The position numbers were made by a program, and so were the translations under genes. DNA of 64,000 nt, from the IMG/VR virus record IMGVR_UViG_3300011242_000002, positions 1 through 64,000 of that record; one strand, written 5' to 3'. The notes under the pieces were generated by a model, which saw nothing but the letters and a program-made list of their open reading frames with translations, searched no databases and was not told the origin of the DNA. Shown here in pieces: positions 57,381 through 64,000 of this stretch (its first letter is position 1; every line of letters starts with the position of its first letter). This stretch comes from a virus (lineage: Duplodnaviria; Caudoviricetes).

Positions 57381-58535
57381 ATGATGGACAACTACTTACT
57401 GTTGGGGCATCGCCTCCTCAAAGAGGGCCGACGTCGCGGTGATCGTACTGGGACCGGAACCCGCAGCGTGCGCAGCGCCAATCTGGTGTTTGACATGCAA
57501 AAAGGTTTTCCCCTGGTAACCACCAAGAAGGTCAACCTGGAATACGTATTCCATGAGTTGAAGTGGATTCTGCTGGGTCTTTCGGACGTGCAGTTTTTGG
57601 AAGAACGCGGCTGTGGATTCATCTGGCGGGATTGGTCGCTAAGCGAGCCGGTGATCGAAGAGGTGTTGTATGCGAACTGGCAACGACTTGAGCTGCTGCA
57701 AAAAGAGTTCCCAGATGCTTACGCTATCTGGAAAGCCGAAGGTTGGGATAAAAAGCCGCTAGCGGAAGGACATGGGTTTATGACTGCCCAAGGGGTACCA
57801 ACCCATTGGCAGCGTGTGAAGATCCCAGCTGGGGAAACCAATGCCCCGTATGGACCGCGGTGGAGAAACTGGAAAGGGCGGGACGGGAAGACCTACGACC
57901 AGATTGCCTATGTGCTCGATCTCTTACGTACTAACCCGGAGAGTCGTCGCATCCTGATTTCTACCTGGGATCCAGCAGATATGCCCGATGAGTCGATCAG
58001 CCCACAGGCGAACATCCAACAGGGTAAACCTTGTCTAACGCCGTGCCACCATCTGGTTGAATTCTACACTGACCTGATGACGGTTGAAGAGCGCGTCAGC
58101 TGGCTGGCTGAGCGTAATCCGCTGCTGTGGGATAAGTGGGTCAATAATGACGAAGTGGATGCAGAAGGTGCGCTGCTTGCGTTCCTGGATAAGCACAGCG
58201 TACCTGAGCGTTACCTGGATCTGAAGTTCACTATGCGCAGTTCAGATGTCGCAATCGGTCTGCCGTATAACATCGCCAGCTACGGGATGTTGCTAATGAT
58301 GTTTGCGACTACTCTGAACATGGTGCCGCGTGAGCTGGAATACAGCGGTACGAATGTCCATTTGTACGAAAACCATATCGCGGGCTTCACGCAGCAGTTC
58401 AGCCGCGCCCCGCGTACATTACCACAGTTGGAAGTGGTTAACAAGCGTGAGCGCTTGGAAGACTACGAGTGGGAAGATTTCTGCTTAACCGGGTACCAAC
58501 CCCACCCATTCATTAAGTACGACGTCTCGGTCTAA
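57381..58535 (+). CDS. thyA: thymidylate synthase (ThyA type) with two insertions
   Basis: DRTGTGT, GFPLVTTKK, YGPRWR, PESRR, PCH, RSSD..GLPYNIASY, HLYENH. Confidence 0.93.
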   Translation: MMDNYLLLGHRLLKEGRRRGDRTGTGTRSVRSANLVFDMQKGFPLVTTKKVNLEYVFHELKWILLGLSDVQFLEERGCGFIWRDWSLSEPVIEEVLYANWQRLELLQKEFPDAYAIWKAEGWDKKPLAEGHGFMTAQGVPTHWQRVKIPAGETNAPYGPRWRNWKGRDGKTYDQIAYVLDLLRTNPESRRILISTWDPADMPDESISPQANIQQGKPCLTPCHHLVEFYTDLMTVEERVSWLAERNPLLWDKWVNNDEVDAEGALLAFLDKHSVPERYLDLKFTMRSSDVAIGLPYNIASYGMLLMMFATTLNMVPRELEYSGTNVHLYENHIAGFTQQFSRAPRTLPQLEVVNKRERLEDYEWEDFCLTGYQPHPFIKYDVSV

Positions 58536-58544
58536 CTAATCCAG

Positions 58545-58581
58545 CAAGGGTGTCTGTCCGGCACCCTTGTTTATTTATGCC
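58545..58581 (+). terminator. hairpin + TTATGCC
   Basis: CAAGGGTG/CACCCTTG stem then TTTATTTATGCC. Confidence 0.7.
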
Positions 58582-58601
58582 ACTTAAAAAGGAAAACCCG
58601 T

Positions 58602-59234
58602 ATGAGCGATATCTTACAACCCTCTGTATCCCATATTGTCGATAACCTGCAGGCGCTGGGGCAGGACGCGGTGGGGACGTACCCGTTTGTGTTTCTGTTG
58701 GAAAAAGAGACCACCGATAAACTGATCAAACTGAACACCAACCTTAAGGCACTGGGTCAAGGACCAGTTGACACTAACCGGGTGATGAACGACGCCCTCT
58801 CTCAGGCGCTGGACGGTTTGCTTATTACCCATGTGCACCCCGAAGACCGCGACGACTACTACATCCCGAAACATTTCTTCCACCCGGAAGTGGGTGATTG
58901 GTGGAACGAGCGCTGCAGCAGCTACCTTACCGTGCATGAAGTCTTCAACGATGACGACATGGTAATCCACCTGATGAACAAGCTCGCTGGGTTAGAAGAA
59001 GGGATGTACCGCATCAACCGTAAATGGTTGGCCCGCTTTGTCGCTTATGACGGCCGGGATGTACTGAATAAAGAGCAGGGGGAGTTGACCCGCCGTGATT
59101 TTGTCGCATGGTTGACGCGCGGCTCCAGCCGTAAACCCGAAGTAGAAGAGAAGCGTGCCAGGTGGTATGCCGGGTATAAAGACACGGTTCAAGATATTCG
59201 TCATTTTGATCCTACCTACCCTACCTACAAGTAA
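58602..59234 (+). CDS. hypothetical protein
   Basis: 210 aa, AAGGAAAACCCGTATG start. Confidence 0.75.
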   Translation: MSDILQPSVSHIVDNLQALGQDAVGTYPFVFLLEKETTDKLIKLNTNLKALGQGPVDTNRVMNDALSQALDGLLITHVHPEDRDDYYIPKHFFHPEVGDWWNERCSSYLTVHEVFNDDDMVIHLMNKLAGLEEGMYRINRKWLARFVAYDGRDVLNKEQGELTRRDFVAWLTRGSSRKPEVEEKRARWYAGYKDTVQDIRHFDPTYPTYK

Positions 59235-59285
59235 CTAAAAATTCTATAGCAGTACCGCAAGAGTGGGCGTCGCACCCCACTCTTT

Positions 59286-59630
59286 TTGATGATCCAATAT
59301 ACCAATACAATCATGACTCCCAGCAGCATTTACGGTGACGTATTGTCACTGATACAGTTTCTTGAAACACACACCGAACTGCCTTGTTCTGCATTGCGCA
59401 TCACCGACAAGGCCAATCGACGACATTTACCCTTAGACGTCCAGGAGGCGATTCTTGAGCTGCAGCATTTGCTCAACGAGTATTTTAATGAGCAGTCTCG
59501 TGTAGATGCATTATTAAAGTATTGCGCTGAGAACCACTGCACAATCAGCTACACCCAGGGGGGTGAAGATACCTGGGGACTGACCACCTTTTTTCTTAAC
59601 CTGAGTAAGGGGAAGATCTGGTTTGGTTGA
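59286..59630 (+). CDS. hypothetical protein
   Basis: 114 aa; start uncertain. Confidence 0.55.
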   Translation: MMIQYTNTIMTPSSIYGDVLSLIQFLETHTELPCSALRITDKANRRHLPLDVQEAILELQHLLNEYFNEQSRVDALLKYCAENHCTISYTQGGEDTWGLTTFFLNLSKGKIWFG

Positions 59631-60310
59631 CTCATGATATGTCTTTGTTACCTGAGGAATGTCTCGTGAGTCGATCTGGTGCCTGGTCTAAACTTGAAGC
59701 AGGTTGGATTCTGGTTGCGTCATTGGTGTTATCGGCCACAGCGTGCTTCTATGCGGATTGGTTCTACTATGTAGCAACCCTTTCTTTTGTATTGCACTTC
59801 ATTCTTCTAGGGCGTGGAAACACCTTGGGATTCCTGTTTGGCGGCGTCGCTGTCTGCTTTTACGGGTTCTATTGTGCACGTCTGGGAATGGCCTTTCACT
59901 TATGGGCGCAAGGACTGTATTTGGTGATCAATCTGATGGGTGCTGCGATCTGGCAGTACCAGTACGCGTTTCGTAAACCGCAACTCACCCAGGATCTGCC
60001 GTACTGGCACGACACCCTGTTAACCCTGGTGTTGGTCTTTGGCACCGGAGTAGTAGCGTATAACCTGATCACCTCGGGTGATTACCAGGAGTCTCTGCGA
60101 CCGTTCACCATTCTCGGTGCCGCGGTGGGGATGATGATGGTAATCTTTGAATTCCGTGAGCGGTGGTGGGTGCTGATCCAGGTCTGCAGCGTGGCTGCGG
60201 TACTGTGGCTGATGCACTTTGTCCAAACCGGTTACGGTATTCAGGGAATGGTGGCGTGGATAGTTTGCTTAATTAGCGTGGTGATTTGCCACTACAGCAG
60301 CAGAACGTAA
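59627..60310 (+). CDS. PnuC-like membrane transporter (divergent)
   Basis: ~7 hydrophobic segments; L.GRGN..GFLFG...Y, LYL.INLMG..IW and FRERW patterns of the PnuC family. Confidence 0.65.
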   Translation: MTHDMSLLPEECLVSRSGAWSKLEAGWILVASLVLSATACFYADWFYYVATLSFVLHFILLGRGNTLGFLFGGVAVCFYGFYCARLGMAFHLWAQGLYLVINLMGAAIWQYQYAFRKPQLTQDLPYWHDTLLTLVLVFGTGVVAYNLITSGDYQESLRPFTILGAAVGMMMVIFEFRERWWVLIQVCSVAAVLWLMHFVQTGYGIQGMVAWIVCLISVVICHYSSRT

Positions 60311-60321
60311 TAGTCAACGGT

Positions 60322-60360
60322 GGTTTCCTCCGTGTGGAGGAAACCCCGTCCTTTATGCCG
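60322..60360 (+). terminator. hairpin + TTATGCCG
   Basis: GGTTTCCTCC-GTGT-GGAGGAAACC...TTTATGCCG. Confidence 0.75.
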
Positions 60361-60383
60361 ATTAATAAACAAAGGAGTATTAC

Positions 60384-60812
60384 ATGCAACAAGCGCTAGT
60401 CTTGTACCGCTGTGGATGGGAAGCCACCCCGCCCAATGAAGACATCTACAGCCATCGCCATCCGCCTATACCGAACATCATGCAGTACTGGCACACGGGT
60501 TCTGGTGGTATGGGGGTTACAGCCTTTGACACCTATGTGGGATTGGTCGTCGCACCGGCTGGAACAGACCCCATCGACATGGTGCGCCTGGAGTTCTTGA
60601 ATGTGGTCGATCGCGGCATGACCACCGTGTATAACCCTACGGCAGAAACCAGCGATCGCTTTAGCATACCCGGGATGGATTGGAACGCACAGCGTCTCGC
60701 GTACTTCCTGGCCACTGGGCAGCTGTATACCGGACCGATTGTGGGTCTGTACGAACTCATGCCCGACACGGTGTGGTGGTGCACAACAAACATCGAGCTT
60801 TTTGACCTATAA
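60384..60812 (+). CDS. hypothetical protein
   Basis: 142 aa, AAGGAG RBS. Confidence 0.75.
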   Translation: MQQALVLYRCGWEATPPNEDIYSHRHPPIPNIMQYWHTGSGGMGVTAFDTYVGLVVAPAGTDPIDMVRLEFLNVVDRGMTTVYNPTAETSDRFSIPGMDWNAQRLAYFLATGQLYTGPIVGLYELMPDTVWWCTTNIELFDL

Positions 60813-60814
60813 CA

Positions 60815-60844
60815 AAAAGGGCTGCTTCGGCAGTCTTTTTTTTT
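60815..60844 (+). terminator. intrinsic terminator (UUCG)
   Basis: AAAAAGGGCTGC-TTCG-GCAGTCTTTTTTTTT. Confidence 0.8.
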
Positions 60845-60856
60845 GTTTCTTTTGAG

Positions 60857-60892
60857 CTGCAGATAATCTCAGACCTATATTAGCCTAGTGAG
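60857..60892 (+). promoter_or_regulatory. early promoter TATATTAG variant
   Basis: CTGCAGATAATCTCAGACCTATATTAG..GTGA (core 60876-60883). Confidence 0.7.
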
Positions 60893-60943
60893 TAAGAGCA
60901 ATAAACCCTGCTCAATTAATCCTAAACCTGTGAGGAGTTCACT

Positions 60944-61183
60944 ATGTTTAATCCAATTCGTCTGGTTAAAGCCGCAATCGCTAAACGTGAAGAAGAAAAA
61001 GCCCTGCGCCAGGCTGAGCTGGATGCAGCACATGAATCTGCCGCACGCTTTGATTACGTCAGTATTGCACTGCGTCACATGAGCCAGCGTCAATTGGCAG
61101 GTGCGCTGAACAGCGGTTCATTACAGATGGCCCGCGCGCAGTTTGATATTGATCTGGCCACCATCCGTCGTCTTTCTAAATAA
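60944..61183 (+). CDS. small hypothetical protein
   Basis: 79 aa, GAGGAG RBS. Confidence 0.75.
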   Translation: MFNPIRLVKAAIAKREEEKALRQAELDAAHESAARFDYVSIALRHMSQRQLAGALNSGSLQMARAQFDIDLATIRRLSK

Positions 61184-61211
61184 CCCACACTTGACCTGTA
61201 AGGATTTTATC

Positions 61212-61394
61212 ATGGACGCTCTCGTTAAAATTGTTATTGCTCTGGGTGTAACCGCAGTGGGTCTGGCTGCATGTAAAGCTATGCGTAAGCCTGTGCAACC
61301 TGATGTCTTTGGGCAGATCAACGAACAAAGCCGAAACTTTACCAACATGCAGGCGCAGCACCAGGCTATGCATAATTCCCTGAACAATTTCTAA
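61212..61394 (+). CDS. small N-terminally membrane-anchored protein
   Basis: MDALVKIVIALGVTAVGLAAC; AAGGA RBS; possible lipobox LAAC. Confidence 0.7.
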   Translation: MDALVKIVIALGVTAVGLAACKAMRKPVQPDVFGQINEQSRNFTNMQAQHQAMHNSLNNF

Positions 61395-61433
61395 GCCGCT
61401 TCACCTTTCCACCTTAACCTGTAGGAGTTTATC

Positions 61434-62063
61434 ATGAAAAACGTACTCGGTATCACTATTGCACTGGCCCTGACCACCACGGGTATGATTACCGTGGTTA
61501 AATCCCGCAATGCAGACAAAGCAGAAGCACGTCAGGTAGCTTCACGTAAAGCGTTCGGTGCTAAACTGGCTCGCTCTACCGAGGCTGCCAAAGAAGCCCG
61601 TGACGCTGCACGTCAGGCAGAACGTGAAGAAGCCAGTAAAGTGCGCGAGCGTTGGGAAGCTACCCCAGAAGGAAAGCTGACCACCGCGTTAGTCACTGCC
61701 GGTCAGTGGGTAGGTCTGCGCTATAACTTCAATAATACCAAACTGCGCAACGACGCACTGTACAACGCTGAGCAGAATGGTTATACACTGGGCCACCCGG
61801 GTCTGGTGCCGTTCCTGGTTATCGCACTGCGTGCCAAAGAGAAACACCCGGACTGGAGTGCTGAGCAGTGCATCGAAGCCGGTAAGATCGCGGCTACCGC
61901 AATGCGTTCACTGGGTGACAATTATCACCCTAACTCCGTGTTCATTGTGGTTGATGACGTCGTCAAGTTCGAAATCCTGAACCAGGACAACCGTAACTTG
62001 GTTACTGCGTTGATCGCAGTCTATGCCCGTTACAATGCTGTTGCTCGTCGTCACGCAGCCTAA
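61434..62063 (+). CDS. N-terminally membrane-anchored protein with coiled coil
   Basis: MKNVLGITIALALTTTGMITVV then A/E/R-rich helix. Confidence 0.78.
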   Translation: MKNVLGITIALALTTTGMITVVKSRNADKAEARQVASRKAFGAKLARSTEAAKEARDAARQAEREEASKVRERWEATPEGKLTTALVTAGQWVGLRYNFNNTKLRNDALYNAEQNGYTLGHPGLVPFLVIALRAKEKHPDWSAEQCIEAGKIAATAMRSLGDNYHPNSVFIVVDDVVKFEILNQDNRNLVTALIAVYARYNAVARRHAA

Positions 62064-62098
62064 TCCTTAATTAGCCCTTAACCTGTTGGAGTCGTAAA

Positions 62099-62338
62099 AT
62101 GAACAAAGCAATTATCGGTTGTGTAATCGTTGTGGGTGTTACTGTCGTTGCCGGTCTCAAAGCCCGCATCAAAAAGAGCAAAGCGATCCTCGCTGAGAAG
62201 CCGGTGTGCTACCGTACACCGAACGAACTGCATGAAGCCGCGATGGTCAACATCCGTGCCAAGTACCCGGCTGAGGTCGCTGAGATGTTTGACGCGGTAG
62301 GGCATGTCGTTAAAGACCATACATTGGTTGGTCGCTAA
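62099..62338 (+). CDS. small N-terminally membrane-anchored protein
   Basis: MNKAIIGCVIVVGVTVVAGL then basic residues. Confidence 0.72.
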   Translation: MNKAIIGCVIVVGVTVVAGLKARIKKSKAILAEKPVCYRTPNELHEAAMVNIRAKYPAEVAEMFDAVGHVVKDHTLVGR

Positions 62339-62348
62339 TAAACAATCA

Positions 62349-62375
62349 GGAGGGGTTTCGACCCCTTCTTTTTTT
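62349..62375 (+). terminator. intrinsic terminator
   Basis: GGAGGGGT-TTCG-ACCCCTTC-TTTTTTT. Confidence 0.8.
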
Positions 62376-62389
62376 GTTAGCTTGACGAG

Positions 62390-62424
62390 CTGCAGTTAAT
62401 TTCAGTTCTACATTACTAAGGCGA
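62390..62424 (+). promoter_or_regulatory. early promoter TACATTAC
   Basis: CTGCAGTTAATTTCAGTTCTACATTACTAAGGCGA (core 62409-62416). Confidence 0.72.
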
Positions 62425-62470
62425 TAAGCCGTATAAACTTTTAATCCATTAACCCGTAAGGAATTAAACC

Positions 62471-63154
62471 ATGGCGTATTATAAAGATTCAGATCAAGAA
62501 AAACCTGCATACTCGCAAGCACTGCATCAGGCCGGCCAGCATCATCGAAAAGCACCTGGGATGATTCAGTCGTATGTAAATGAAAACGCACACCCTAACT
62601 CAGCAGGCTGGCGTGAACTGAATAAACTCAACGACCGCATTACCGAGGTCCTTGACCGTGTTGCACTCACCATGCGCGGGCAACAGGTTAGCCGTCATAA
62701 AAATGAAAAGCTGAAGCCACTGGAAGGACTGTTCGATAAAGAGCACTACGAACAGTTTATGGTGAATGGTCGTGAGCTGGTCATCAGCGTCGGTTTCACC
62801 TCGTCAAAAGTTCTGCGTTTGGCGCTGACTGATATCACACCAAAACCAGAACCCGTAAAAGAAGACTCGCAAGACACCCCCATGCTTAAGACTGTCCATG
62901 ACGACTCGTTCATGGGTAGACGTGATAGATTTGAACCTGATTACATCTTCGGCATCAAAGACCCGCGCGAACTGCAGTATGGTAACAGGGACGGTTTGAT
63001 GTCCTGTGAAGGATACCGCGACACCATTGGGACAATAGGTCGCACGATTGAGACGTTTGCCGGAAAGAACGGTTTGGCGTTTTATGTGCAAGGTAAGATT
63101 GCCGAAGACAGACTGGTGTATATCTTCATCGATGATGATTCGGCAGAGCGCTGA
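62471..63154 (+). CDS. hypothetical protein
   Basis: 227 aa, AAGGA RBS. Confidence 0.75.
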   Translation: MAYYKDSDQEKPAYSQALHQAGQHHRKAPGMIQSYVNENAHPNSAGWRELNKLNDRITEVLDRVALTMRGQQVSRHKNEKLKPLEGLFDKEHYEQFMVNGRELVISVGFTSSKVLRLALTDITPKPEPVKEDSQDTPMLKTVHDDSFMGRRDRFEPDYIFGIKDPRELQYGNRDGLMSCEGYRDTIGTIGRTIETFAGKNGLAFYVQGKIAEDRLVYIFIDDDSAER

Positions 63155-63236
63155 TTTCCACCCAAACCCTAAACCCGTCGGTATGGTATAAGACAACACC
63201 ATCTGCACTTATGCCGTTTTTAATAAGAGAGTCATC

Positions 63237-63998
63237 ATGAACCAAACTGGAAGGACCATTGAGATCACGCTGGATACGTCGGCGAATAACGTTTACCGTC
63301 GCCAGCGTTTCTATGAAATCCTGGAGGCATTCCTGCCGCGTGAATTCATTGATAAAGCCCTGGGTGAATACGCCAAGAATGACGCGGCGCATTTGGAAGA
63401 CCATGCTATTGCGGTGGTAACCAATGCCGAGATGATCATGGAGCGTTTCCCGGAGCTGCGGGAAGACTATCGGGTCATTTTGACCGGGGCATTGTTGCAT
63501 GACGTGAAGTGTCACGTGAACCGCGATAAACACCACATCCTGGGTGCGTTGGCGGTTTATCGTGAATACATCCGCAGTAGCCCTATTACCCGAGTCACGT
63601 TCTCCCAGGACGAGATTACCCGTATTGAGGAGTGCGTGCTCGAACACCGTGCGTCGTGGAAGTATCCCCGCAGCCACGATGCCTCCGAGTGCGTTGCTGC
63701 CGCTGACCGGGGTAAACCGGACCTGTTTGGCTATATGCGTCGGGCGGTGCGTTTCCGCTATGCGCACCTGCCAGAAGGTGCTGAAGTCACCGACCAGATC
63801 AAGCGTCAGATCATCAGCGAATCGATCGTGCACATGCGCGAGAAGTTCGGGGATAAAGGGTATGCCTGGGAAACCATGCCGAAGTATACTCTGCTGATGT
63901 ATGAAGAAGACATCGCTGAAATGAAAGCGTCCGTCATCATTCCTAACAGCGATCTCCACCACACGGCCTTTGAGCTGTTTGATGGCTGGGTCGTTTAA
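63237..63998 (+). CDS. HD-domain phosphohydrolase
   Basis: HLEDHA, ALLHDV, HHILGA, EHRAS, AAADR metal-binding motifs. Confidence 0.85.
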   Translation: MNQTGRTIEITLDTSANNVYRRQRFYEILEAFLPREFIDKALGEYAKNDAAHLEDHAIAVVTNAEMIMERFPELREDYRVILTGALLHDVKCHVNRDKHHILGALAVYREYIRSSPITRVTFSQDEITRIEECVLEHRASWKYPRSHDASECVAAADRGKPDLFGYMRRAVRFRYAHLPEGAEVTDQIKRQIISESIVHMREKFGDKGYAWETMPKYTLLMYEEDIAEMKASVIIPNSDLHHTAFELFDGWVV

Positions 63999-64000
63999 CC

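Noticed and set aside
57381-58535. Intein, intron or dCMP hydroxymethylase interpretation of the long ThyA
   Set aside because: Inserts are short, in frame and lack intein C...HN termini; Asn in PYNI indicates dUMP specificity
60900-62470. CRISPR-like or integron attC array
   Set aside because: Repeats are only ~10-14 nt, non-palindromic and separated by whole genes; no cas or integrase gene in the window
63126-63962. 278 aa minus-strand ORF
   Set aside because: Antisense to the well-supported HD hydrolase; no motif

Overview
64 kb segment of a phiKZ-like jumbo myovirus (Chimalliviridae-type; nucleus formation is inferred from the family, since no chimallin gene lies in the window), standard genetic code, host probably a Gram-negative bacterium (spanin pair present). 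The left 37.5 kb is conserved core: DnaB-like helicase, major capsid protein, a non-virion RNA polymerase subunit (phiKZ gp123-like), portal, baseplate/tail-fibre paralogs, RuvC, a holin/spanin locus, central spike and SbcC. The right 26.5 kb is accessory, all on the + strand: signal-peptide lytic transglycosylase, QueC-like PP-loop protein, HAD nucleotidase, LemA/TPM-like membrane pair, Lar-like protein, DEDDh exonuclease, thymidylate synthase, PnuC-like protein, HD hydrolase and many orphans. Three recurring cis-motifs are visible: an early-promoter motif (TACATTAC), hairpin+TTATGCC elements at gene ends, and an ACC(C/T)GT motif at translation starts. The most unusual observations are these RNA-level motifs, a rearranged spanin pair in which the o-spanin carries an Rz-like C-terminal helix, a ~400 aa acidic repeat tail on the portal, a prion-like Q/P/M/Y-rich early protein, and several structured intergenic regions. 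No tRNA, CRISPR array or IS element was recognised. All homology calls come from motif recognition and synteny recalled from phiKZ/SPN3US, not from database searches.
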